Below, in pieces: positions 1 through 7,306 of a stretch of 12,771 nt of DNA. This stretch comes from Candidatus Hodarchaeum mangrovi. GTDB lineage: Archaea > Asgardarchaeota > Heimdallarchaeia > Hodarchaeales > Hodarchaeaceae. Every line of letters begins with the position of its first letter. The first letter of the stretch is position 1. The notes beneath the pieces were generated by a model. It was not told the origin of the DNA. It saw nothing but the letters and a program-made list of their open reading frames with translations, and searched no databases. The stretch is from contig JAEOUE010000092.1 of NCBI GenBank assembly GCA_016839515.1, forward strand, positions 1 to 12,771. Direction: 5' to 3'. Both the position numbers and the translations under genes were made by a program.

Positions 1-1
1 A

Positions 2-88
2 GATATTGTTATCGTTGGTCGATATGTCTATTCATCAGAAACTCCTCAAAAAGAGATTAATAATCTTCTAGAAATTATTACATTGTAA
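2..88 (+). CDS. 3' end of a ribulose-phosphate-binding barrel enzyme (3-hexulose-6-phosphate synthase / OMP decarboxylase family), truncated by the window edge
   Basis: Manual translation DIVIVGRYVYSSETPQKEINNLLEIITL*. D-hhh-VGR followed by a terminal helix matches the C-terminal phosphate-binding motif of this superfamily. Only 28 aa are visible. Confidence 0.6.
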   Translation, partial: DIVIVGRYVYSSETPQKEINNLLEIITL

Positions 89-150
89 GAAGAATCATTT
101 AGTGAACAATTAAATCCTTATTATCTAAAAAAATCATATAATTTTTATTG

Positions 151-184
151 AAAAGGAAATCTGATTAGTTATATTTCCTTTTTT
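151..184. terminator. Putative terminator hairpin between convergent genes
   Basis: AAAAGGAAAT (151-160) and ATTTCCTTTT (173-182) form a perfect 10-bp inverted repeat that runs into a T tract. It lies between two convergent stop codons (88 and 323). Confidence 0.4.
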
Positions 185-322
185 GAAACTATTAATAATC
201 ATAAACCTTAGTTACAAGCTTTGATTTACATTTCAGAAATTTTTCCCAAGTGAAAGCTAATCTATAATTAAAAATCTATTGAATAACCAGAGAATTCAAT
301 GAAGCTTAAATAAAGTAAGGAA

Positions 323-637
323 TTAATCACGTAGTTCAATTGAGTTCTCAGGGAAACCCTCATCGATTAGAATTGGAGCAACTAATCTTAAAAAATTCCC
401 TTGTAACTCAATTCGACCGTCTTTCGTAGTCCCACCTGTGGCAAGGCTTTTCTTTAAACGCTTAGAAAGGCTCCTAAGATCGATATCTTTTGATAAACCT
501 GCAATTACTGTTACTTCACGTCCCCATTTCCGTTTTTCGATGAAAACACGAATTGAGGTCTGTTCCTCCCTTGCTATATCTGAACAAGCACATAATTCTT
601 CTGGTAATCCGCAAACTTTACAAGTTTTCTGACCCAT
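323..637 (-). CDS. sui1: Translation initiation factor aIF1 (SUI1 family)
   Basis: N-terminal CKVCGLPEELCAC, RKWGREVTVIAGL, LKKSLATGGT and IELQG are typical of archaeal SUI1. SD-like GAGGT near 650-654 on the minus strand. Confidence 0.95.
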   Translation of the reverse strand: MGQKTCKVCGLPEELCACSDIAREEQTSIRVFIEKRKWGREVTVIAGLSKDIDLRSLSKRLKKSLATGGTTKDGRIELQGNFLRLVAPILIDEGFPENSIELRD

Positions 638-705
638 TTTTCTTAAAAAACCTCAAAATTTGATTTATTCTTTATTTTGTCAGCAAATATCTTAGACCGA
701 AATAG

Positions 706-720
706 AAAATATAAACCTAT
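706..720 (-). promoter_or_regulatory. Putative TATA box for sui1
   Basis: The minus strand reads GGTTTATATTTT about 70-80 nt upstream of the ATG. The AT-rich background lowers specificity. Confidence 0.35.
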
Positions 721-812
721 TGATAATAAATGAGCTTTATGAAAAAAAATCTCTGAAGAAGTACAACAAAATGTGGTTTTTATCTCCCATTTTACTCTTT
801 TTGTGAAACCAA

Positions 813-959
813 TTAACTAGTCTTTAAACGTTTAATAATTGGAGGCCTTTTCTTTAATAAAATTCGATGTCCGCAAACAATACATCTTATTCCTGGTAAA
901 GTTTCCAACTCACCAGGATCTATTTCCTGATGACATTTTTGACATAAATATGTTGTCAT
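813..959 (-). CDS. rpo12: DNA-directed RNA polymerase subunit Rpo12 (RpoP), 48 aa; not in the ORF track
   Basis: Manual translation MTTYLCQKCHQEIDPGELETLPGIRCIVCGHRILLKKRPPIIKRLKTS*. It has a zinc ribbon YxCxxC...IRCxxCGxRILxKxRP. Confidence 0.95.
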   Translation of the reverse strand: MTTYLCQKCHQEIDPGELETLPGIRCIVCGHRILLKKRPPIIKRLKTS

Positions 960-1002
960 ATCTTCACATCACTTCTTGTATTATGTCTATATTAGTTTTA
1001 TC

Positions 1003-1407
1003 CTAAATAGAACGTTTTAAATTCGCTTGTATAAATTTGACGATTTCATTCGTATCTGCTCCTGGCCCAAATATTCCTTGAATTCCAATTTCATTTAATT
1101 TAGGAATGTCTGAATCGGGGATAATTCCACCTACAACAATTAAAGTGTCTTCAAACATTTCGTTTTTATTTAATAATTCAATTACTTTCGGAAACAATGC
1201 CATATGGGATCCACTTAAGCTGGATAAGCCGATTACATCAACATCTTCTTGTAAAGCTGATTCAACGATCTGCTCAGGGCTTTTATGTAACCCAGTATAA
1301 ATAACTTCCATCCCAGCATCCCTCAATGCCCTAGCAACAACTTTAACTCCACGATCATGCCCATCTAGCCCAGGTTTAGCTAATAATACTCGTATTTTTC
1401 TTTTCAT
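1003..1407 (-). CDS. Acyl-CoA mutase small (cobalamin-binding) subunit, IcmB/MCM C-terminal-like
   Basis: [10 protein letters not shown] (DxHxxG) B12-binding motif, plus [14 protein letters not shown] and VVGGIIP. The ATG at 1407 is preferred because an SD GGTGA lies at 1413-1417. Confidence 0.93.
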   Translation of the reverse strand: MKRKIRVLLAKPGLDGHDRGVKVVARALRDAGMEVIYTGLHKSPEQIVESALQEDVDVIGLSSLSGSHMALFPKVIELLNKNEMFEDTLIVVGGIIPDSDIPKLNEIGIQGIFGPGADTNEIVKFIQANLKRSI

Positions 1408-1429
1408 TTTCTTCACCACTATTGTGAAT

Positions 1430-3145
1430 TCAAATCAAAGTATCTCCAGCCCATTCACCAAACACATCGCGTAAAACGTCACAAATTTCACCAATTGAAG
1501 CATAAGCTTTTACAGCTTCTAATATAGCAGGCATTAAGTTTTCTGTACCTTCAGCAGCTGTTTTAATTTTTAAAAGAGCCTTTTTAACCTTTTCATTATC
1601 TCTTTCTTTTTTCGTTTTAAGTAAACGTGCGATTTGATGATTAGCAACTTCTTCTCCAATTTTTAAAAGAGGAACTGAAATTTTTTCTCCAGAGGTAAAT
1701 TCATTCACTCCTACAATAATTCTTTGGTTCTCTTCAATCTCTTTTTGATATCGATAAGATGCATTAGAAATTTCCTGCTGAAAGAATCCCTTTTCAATGG
1801 CTGGAATTACTCCTCCTAATTGTTCAATCTTTTTAAAGTACTCATTAGCCTCAGCTTCCATTCTGTTTGTCAAACATTCTATGAAATAACTTCCACCTAG
1901 CGGATCTATTGTATTTGTTACACCACTTTCATGAGCAATGATTTGTTGTGTTCGTAATGCTATTTGGACTGCTTCTTCACTCGGAAGGGCAAGAGCTTCA
2001 TCCAATGAATTAGTATGTAATGATTGCGTACCTCCAAGGATAGCAGCTAAAGCTTGTACGGTTGTTCTAACAATATTATTGCTTGGTTGTTGTGCAGTCA
2101 ACGAACAACCAGCGGTTTGAGTATGAAAACGAAGCCATTTTGATCGGGATTTTTTGGGATTATACTGACTGATAAATTTACTCCAGATTCGACGTGCTGC
2201 ACGATATTTGGCTATTTCCTCAAAGAAATCGTTATGAGCATTGAAAAAGAAAGAAAGTCGCGGGGCAAAATCATCTATGTCCATTCCAGCCTTTATTGCC
2301 CAACGAACATATTCCATGCCATCAGCTAATGTAAAAGCAAGTTCTTGAATAGCAGTTGAACCAGCCTCTCGAATATGATAACCAGATATTGAAATTGTAT
2401 TCCAACGAGGTACTTTTTTAGAGCAATATTCCATTATATCCATAATTATACGCATTGATGGCTTGGGTGGAAAGATGTAGGATTTTTGAGCAATAAATTC
2501 CTTTAATATATCATTTTGGATTGTTCCCCCTAGTTTTTCAGAAGTTATCCCCTGCTTTTCAGCTACAGCGATATACATTGCCAATAGAATTGCAGCAGGT
2601 GCATTAATTGTCATGGATGTAGTTACCTTATCTAAAGGAATTCCTTCAAACAGGATTTCCATATCCTTTAAAGTATCAATAGCTACCCCTAATTTTCCGA
2701 CTTCTCCCAGTGACATCGGATGAGACGATTCCCTTCCGTATAAGGTTGGAAGATGGAAAGCAACACTTAATCCTGTCATTCCATTCTCTAATAAAAATTT
2801 AAATCTTGCATTTGTCTCTTCAGCGGTTCCAAATCCTGCAAATTGGCGCATAGTCCAAAGACGCCCCCGATACATAGTTTTTTGAACTCCACGTGTAAAA
2901 GGGTATTCACCAGGATAATTTAAATCGCGAAGATATTTCCAATCATCTGGAAGATCCGTAGGATCATAAATTTTATCAATCAACTCACTTGAGACCGTCA
3001 TAAATCTATTAAGACGTTCAGGTTGTTTTTTAAGTAAGGAATCATAAGATTTTTCCCAAATAGTTCGTTTTTTTCTTAATTCTTCTAGTTGTAAGGGATC
3101 TTCTTTATTAGTCGATAATTCTTTATTCTGAGATTTGGATGTCAA
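1430..3145 (-). CDS. Adenosylcobalamin-dependent acyl-CoA mutase large subunit, probably isobutyryl-CoA mutase (IcmA-like)
   Basis: [50 protein letters not shown] and DPLGGSY. Specificity residues are F102 and Q220. The TTG start overlaps the cobO stop and has AGGTG upstream. Confidence 0.92.
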   Translation of the reverse strand: MTSKSQNKELSTNKEDPLQLEELRKKRTIWEKSYDSLLKKQPERLNRFMTVSSELIDKIYDPTDLPDDWKYLRDLNYPGEYPFTRGVQKTMYRGRLWTMRQFAGFGTAEETNARFKFLLENGMTGLSVAFHLPTLYGRESSHPMSLGEVGKLGVAIDTLKDMEILFEGIPLDKVTTSMTINAPAAILLAMYIAVAEKQGITSEKLGGTIQNDILKEFIAQKSYIFPPKPSMRIIMDIMEYCSKKVPRWNTISISGYHIREAGSTAIQELAFTLADGMEYVRWAIKAGMDIDDFAPRLSFFFNAHNDFFEEIAKYRAARRIWSKFISQYNPKKSRSKWLRFHTQTAGCSLTAQQPSNNIVRTTVQALAAILGGTQSLHTNSLDEALALPSEEAVQIALRTQQIIAHESGVTNTIDPLGGSYFIECLTNRMEAEANEYFKKIEQLGGVIPAIEKGFFQQEISNASYRYQKEIEENQRIIVGVNEFTSGEKISVPLLKIGEEVANHQIARLLKTKKERDNEKVKKALLKIKTAAEGTENLMPAILEAVKAYASIGEICDVLRDVFGEWAGDTLI

Positions 3146-3672
3146 AATTCCACACCTTTTCTAGCTAAAATTTTCCTCTGATAAGGGTGCTTATGCTCCT
3201 GAACCTCTGAAAAATAATCAGCAAGATCAATTAAGGCTTCTGGTGCACCTCGACCTGTCAATATTATCTCAAGATTTTTAGGTTTTTGTCTAATTAAATC
3301 AACCACTTCTTCAATAGAAAGTAAATTAAAATCAAGGGCAACATTAATCTCATCCAATATTAGAAAATTCCACTTTTTTTCTTTAAATGATTCCCTTGCC
3401 TTTTCTAAACCTGCCTTAGCTTCATCATAATCAATTTTCCGTGGATTTTTTTTATTCACAAACTCGGGGGTCCCAAATTGGATAATAGAAATGTTCGGAA
3501 TATGTTGAAGTGAATGTAATTCACCATAATCCCAACCTTTCTTCATAAATTGGATGATTAGTATCTGATATCCATGACCTGCAGCTCGAAGAGCTAATCC
3601 AAGTGCTGAGGTGGTTTTTCCTTTTCCATCCCCTGAAATCACATGGATCATTCCTAGATCTCTTTGACTCAT
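3142..3672 (-). CDS. cobO: Cob(I)alamin/corrinoid adenosyltransferase, CobO/BtuR (CobA) type
   Basis: [13 protein letters not shown]-loop, IIQFMK, LILDEIN, LTGRGAP and KHPY...ARKGVEF. The ATG at 3672 is preferred because an SD GAGGTGG lies at 3680-3686. Confidence 0.93.
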   Translation of the reverse strand: MSQRDLGMIHVISGDGKGKTTSALGLALRAAGHGYQILIIQFMKKGWDYGELHSLQHIPNISIIQFGTPEFVNKKNPRKIDYDEAKAGLEKARESFKEKKWNFLILDEINVALDFNLLSIEEVVDLIRQKPKNLEIILTGRGAPEALIDLADYFSEVQEHKHPYQRKILARKGVEF

Positions 3673-3709
3673 AATTAATCCACCTCTATAGATAAAAATA
3701 TCTTTTATC

Positions 3710-3726
3710 ACACCCTAATAGGGTGT
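3710..3726. promoter_or_regulatory. 17-bp palindrome, putative operator upstream of the cobO-mutase operon
   Basis: ACACCCTA-A-TAGGGTGT has perfect 8-bp arms. It lies about 20-35 nt downstream (minus strand) of a TATA-like CTTATAAT at 3746-3753. Confidence 0.5.
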
Positions 3727-3912
3727 AGTTTTCCCATAATGGTCGATTATAAGACATTTTATTCACTATTTAATTACTCTCAAATGTTTTCTGTGAATTT
3801 TTCATTAATTTAATGGAGTGAAAACAATTTTATTATTCGATTAAACTTTATTAAATGCTAATAATTATTGGAAAAATGATCTATAATACCCCGTTTTCAT
3901 TTTTAGCACCAT

Positions 3913-3984
3913 GGCCGGTGTAGGATAATGGTAGTCTCGAGGGTTGTGGCCCCTCATGTCGGGGTTCGATTCCCCGCACCGGTC
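3913..3984 (+). tRNA. tRNA-His (GTG), intronless, G-1 encoded, CCA not encoded
   Basis: Acceptor stem GCCGGTG (3914-3920) / CACCGGT (3977-3983); D arm GGAT-AATGGTA-GTCT; anticodon arm GAGGG-TTGTGGC-CCCTC; T arm CGGGG-TTCGATT-CCCCG. Discriminator C3984 lies opposite G3913. Confidence 0.96.
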
Positions 3985-4066
3985 CTCCAGCTTAAAATAA
4001 GCTGTACAATTGCATGATAAGAAATTAAGGCAGAAGATTAAATAAAATTTTCCAACCGTGAAATAA

Positions 4067-5074
4067 ATGACTTCCAAGAATACATTAGGCATTGTTCTAA
4101 GTTATGATTATCTAAAACCCTCTTTTTGTCATGATCTCCTTCCTATTCTTGAAAATTCCTCTTTTACTCATGTATTTGTTCCTGAATTATGGGGTCATGA
4201 CGCTTTCACCCAAATCACTAGTATGGTTAAACATTCATCAGATTTAATCTTTGGTACAGGAATTGTAAACCTCTTTTCTCGAACACCAGCAACACTTGCA
4301 CAAACTGCTGCAAGTATTTATGAAATCTCTGAAGGAAGATTCATTTTAGGATTAGGACTTAGTGGTCCCATTGTAGTAAAAAATTGGCATGGTTTATCTT
4401 ATTATCAGCCATCTCCCCTTCAAAGGTCACGAGAATATCTTGAAATTCTTCGCTTGATTTTCTCTGGAGAGCAAGTAAATTATTCGGGAGAAATTTATAA
4501 ACTCAAAAATTTTCGTTTAAAAAACTTCAAGACACCTCTAGAGATCCAGATTTTTTTGGCAGCCCTAGGTCCAAAAAATATCGAGTTAGCAGGTGAACTT
4601 GCAGATGGTTGGTTCCCCATTTGGGTACCTTTATCCGAAATTTCCATATTGTTTAGCATTTTATCACAAGGTAGAAAGAAACGAAAATCAAACATACCTC
4701 AAGATTTAGTTATATCACCTTTTGTTATTACGTGTGCATCCCAATCCAATAGAGCTAAAAATCTTGTTAAAAAACATCTTGCCTATTATGTAGGGGGAAT
4801 GGGTACTTTTTACAATAATTTTATGAAAAGATTAGGATTTTCTAAAGAAGCAGATAAAATTATGACTGCTTGGAAAGAGGGAAACCGAGAATTAGCAGCA
4901 CAACAAGTATCTGATTCTATGCTTGAACAAATAGCTATTATTGGAAAACCTGAAGAGGTTAGAAATCGTTATTTACAATTATATCAGAAGAACATTAACC
5001 TACCTGTTGTGATGCTACCTTATAATTGTCCTACAGATTTTGCTATTGATACAATAGGAGCGTTAGCTTATTAA
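4067..5074 (+). CDS. Luciferase-like (LLM) class flavin/F420-dependent oxidoreductase, Mer-related
   Basis: PELWGHDAF, GTGIVNLFSRTPATLAQTAAS..EISEGRFILGLGLSG and AALGPKNIELAGELADGW. A TATA-like TTAAATA lies at 4038-4044. Confidence 0.88.
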   Translation: MTSKNTLGIVLSYDYLKPSFCHDLLPILENSSFTHVFVPELWGHDAFTQITSMVKHSSDLIFGTGIVNLFSRTPATLAQTAASIYEISEGRFILGLGLSGPIVVKNWHGLSYYQPSPLQRSREYLEILRLIFSGEQVNYSGEIYKLKNFRLKNFKTPLEIQIFLAALGPKNIELAGELADGWFPIWVPLSEISILFSILSQGRKKRKSNIPQDLVISPFVITCASQSNRAKNLVKKHLAYYVGGMGTFYNNFMKRLGFSKEADKIMTAWKEGNRELAAQQVSDSMLEQIAIIGKPEEVRNRYLQLYQKNINLPVVMLPYNCPTDFAIDTIGALAY

Positions 5075-5090
5075 TTTTAGTATTGTAAAA

Positions 5091-6218
5091 TTATACCCCC
5101 ATTACAGCAGTAACGATTGGTGGGTCTTCTGATGACATCGTAATTAATCCTTTAGTCACTAAATCTTCTAACATTTGTCTCAACTTTAATGGATGAGCAC
5201 CTACTGACATTGCCAATGTCGGTAAATCAAGTGATCCTCCTAAATTTATTAGAATTAAAATGGAGGCGAATAACGGATGAGTAGAAAGTAACCGCTGAGT
5301 GTAATCAATCAGAATATTTCTTTCAGTTCGTTCATTATAGATTTTAGCCAATTTTTCTTGGAGCTTTAATTGAGTTGATCCAGCCAATGTTAGTTCTTCT
5401 TCAAGACGAGACATAGTTATTTTATGTTGTTTAACAGCTTCTTCGTGACGTTTAACCTCATTCTTTAATTGTTCACGCGTTTCTTCTAATTCTAAATCAT
5501 ATTCTTTTCTAATAATTTTTAAGCGTTGTTGGATTCCTTCTTCCATCTTTTTTTGATAATAATCTTCATGAGATTGATAAGTTTCAGCAAAATCAGCTAG
5601 AGCTTTATCAATGTCCTTCTGCTGAATTTTTTCCTGCTCTTTTAAATTCTCAATAATTGAGGATTTTGCTCTTAACTCTGACATTATTTCATCCAATCTT
5701 TTATGATTCAACTCCCCTTGCTCTTTAAGGCTTTGATTCTCAATAATAACACGCTTTACTTCCATTTTCTGTTTATTTAGGTCATCCTGAAATTCTGCAT
5801 TTATTTTCTGAAGATTATTTCTTTCATCTTCCAATTGACTAATTTGAGCATTTTTTGTATGAATTTGGTTCTTAAACTCCTCTAGTTCATTCAATGCTTC
5901 TTTTAATTGTGCCTCTACTTCAGGAGAAACCATATTTTGAAGTATCATTGTTTCACCTTGAATGAATTCCCGAATTCTCCCTAATGATTTTATTGTAAGC
6001 TTTGTGAGCTCACTATCGACTATTCGTGAGGTTTCTGTTCTAATAATTTTGACTATTGCATCTAGATCCTGATATGTAAAATGTTGAGTGCCTTGGGCTA
6101 AAAAAGAGCTTTTAGTACCTGAAATAATTACTCCAATCTCTTGTTGAGCTACTTCTCTATCTTTCGCCATCTCATTAATGAATTCTAATCCAAATTCCTT
6201 CATTGTTTTTGATGTCAT
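5091..6218 (-). CDS. Hypothetical protein with a long coiled coil and a C-terminal winged-helix-like domain
   Basis: Residues ~100-305 are E/K/Q/L-rich heptads without prolines. The C-terminus GGSLDLPTLAMSVGAHPLKLRQMLEDLVTKGLI fits a wHTH pattern. An SD GAGGT lies at 6225-6229. Confidence 0.75.
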   Translation of the reverse strand: MTSKTMKEFGLEFINEMAKDREVAQQEIGVIISGTKSSFLAQGTQHFTYQDLDAIVKIIRTETSRIVDSELTKLTIKSLGRIREFIQGETMILQNMVSPEVEAQLKEALNELEEFKNQIHTKNAQISQLEDERNNLQKINAEFQDDLNKQKMEVKRVIIENQSLKEQGELNHKRLDEIMSELRAKSSIIENLKEQEKIQQKDIDKALADFAETYQSHEDYYQKKMEEGIQQRLKIIRKEYDLELEETREQLKNEVKRHEEAVKQHKITMSRLEEELTLAGSTQLKLQEKLAKIYNERTERNILIDYTQRLLSTHPLFASILILINLGGSLDLPTLAMSVGAHPLKLRQMLEDLVTKGLITMSSEDPPIVTAVMGV

Positions 6219-6377
6219 ATTAATACCTCTTGTATAACTACAAGGTTTTTTCTTTCATCAATTAATAGTTTCAGATCATACAAGAATATATATGTTATAC
6301 TGTATATCTTTCCCTTTATCTTAAACTATTAAACTCAGAAAAAAAGAATTCATTAAAAAAAGTTGAAAATTTTGATT

Positions 6378-6773
6378 TTATTTCAGAGGCACAAATTGAG
6401 AGGATCGTGTGGCACCTATGCCTGGTGCTGAATGCTTTACTTGTTTACAAGTGGGTGCATATTCACCCAAATAGTGACCCAACATTTCAGGAAGGATATT
6501 TACTCGAATAAACTCTCTTCCATTATATACATGAACAAGAGCACCAATAATTTCTGGTAAAATAATAAAATCTCTACAATGGGTTCTAACAGGCTTTTTA
6601 GACTCTTTCGATTCAATAATTTTTTCCATTAATTTGATATGTTCTGTATTCATCCCTCTAGTCAAAGATCGTCTTTGGCGTGAAGGGAGTAAAGAGATGA
6701 ATTCATCCATCGATTTTTGACCTAGCTCTTCTAATGAAAAGCCTCTATATGTAAATCCACGTCGAGATGACAT
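6378..6773 (-). CDS. rps19p: 30S ribosomal protein uS19
   Basis: FTYRG..LEEL, LPSRQRRSL.RG, VRTHCRDFIILPE, MLGHYLGEYAPT and APGIGATRSSQFVPLK. Confidence 0.97.
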   Translation of the reverse strand: MSSRRGFTYRGFSLEELGQKSMDEFISLLPSRQRRSLTRGMNTEHIKLMEKIIESKESKKPVRTHCRDFIILPEIIGALVHVYNGREFIRVNILPEMLGHYLGEYAPTCKQVKHSAPGIGATRSSQFVPLK

Positions 6774-6845
6774 TAATTATCACTTTCTGCTTAATTGTGT
6801 GTAGAGTTTTAGAAAGAACTATTATTTTGTTTTTAGTTTTGAATT

Positions 6846-6870
6846 AGTTATATAACCATGAGTCTTATGG
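6846..6870 (-). promoter_or_regulatory. Putative rps19p TATA box with an adjacent imperfect palindrome
   Basis: The palindromic GTTATATAAC (6847-6856) lies about 75 nt upstream of the ATG. Next to it is CCATGAG-T-CTTATGG (6856-6870; 6 of 7 arm positions match). Confidence 0.4.
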
Positions 6871-6916
6871 CAAATAATGCAGAAACTGACAACCTTTTTA
6901 AATTTTATATTCTAAA

Positions 6917-6984
6917 ATTCTAGGTGTTCAAGGGCATAAATCTTAACTCATAGCTGTTTAATGCTTTAATCCAATACCTAGAAT
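6917..6984 (+). other. Long imperfect hairpin in the rps19p/rpl22p spacer
   Basis: ATTCTAGGTGTT (6917-6928) pairs with AATACCTAGAAT (6973-6984): 11 Watson-Crick pairs and 1 G-U. An inner helix AGGGCATAAA pairs with TTTAATGCTTT, with one bulge. Confidence 0.5.
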
Positions 6985-7306
6985 CATTTGTCTTAATAAA
7001 TAAATTGCTTTATTTCAGAGTTAATTATTTAAGAGACTAGTGGTTTGTCCTGAATCCAGAGATTGTTTATTCTTCATGATTTCCTGAGGTCCTATATCAA
7101 TTTTTAGACTGCGTTCGGAAAGGATTTCACCCTAACATTATTAACTTGTAAGGAAAGGTTAATAGCACCTATTATAAATGGAAAGAGAGGGGGGAGATGA
7201 TTTTTATAACGATTAATTGGTAACCTTAAATGCTTGAAATAAGTCTGTACCCAATAAGAATGGTAATAGAATTATTATTAACAACCCTAACTACACATAA
7301 CCATAA

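Noticed and set aside
278-300. ATTGAAT/ATTCAAT inverted repeat
   Set aside because: 7-bp AT-rich arms are expected by chance in this composition.
438-2120. Plus-strand ORFs 438-632, 1106-1300 and 1938-2120
   Set aside because: Antisense shadows of sui1 and the mutase genes with no recognisable motifs.
3673-3912. Cobalamin riboswitch upstream of cobO
   Set aside because: The spacer is AT-rich and lacks a B12-box or GGGAA core with supporting helices.
3865-4092. 75-aa minus-strand ORF
   Set aside because: It is the antisense of tRNA-His and its flanks.
4495-4695. 66-aa minus-strand ORF
   Set aside because: Antisense shadow inside the LLM gene.
3913-6218. tRNA-anchored integrated element
   Set aside because: No integrase, and I found no duplicated tRNA end (att site) in the window.
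6858-7216. Micro-ORFs of 12-21 aa in the spacer, and C/D, H/ACA, SRP or RNase P RNA candidates
   Set aside because: No recognisable peptides. I found no complete box C/D pair, no ACA tail after the hairpin, and no GC-rich SRP or RNase P core.
7128-7291. ACCCTAAC repeated at 7129 and 7284, resembling a half-site of the 3710 palindrome and a telomeric hexamer
   Set aside because: Only 7-8 nt, not tandem or palindromic; compatible with chance.
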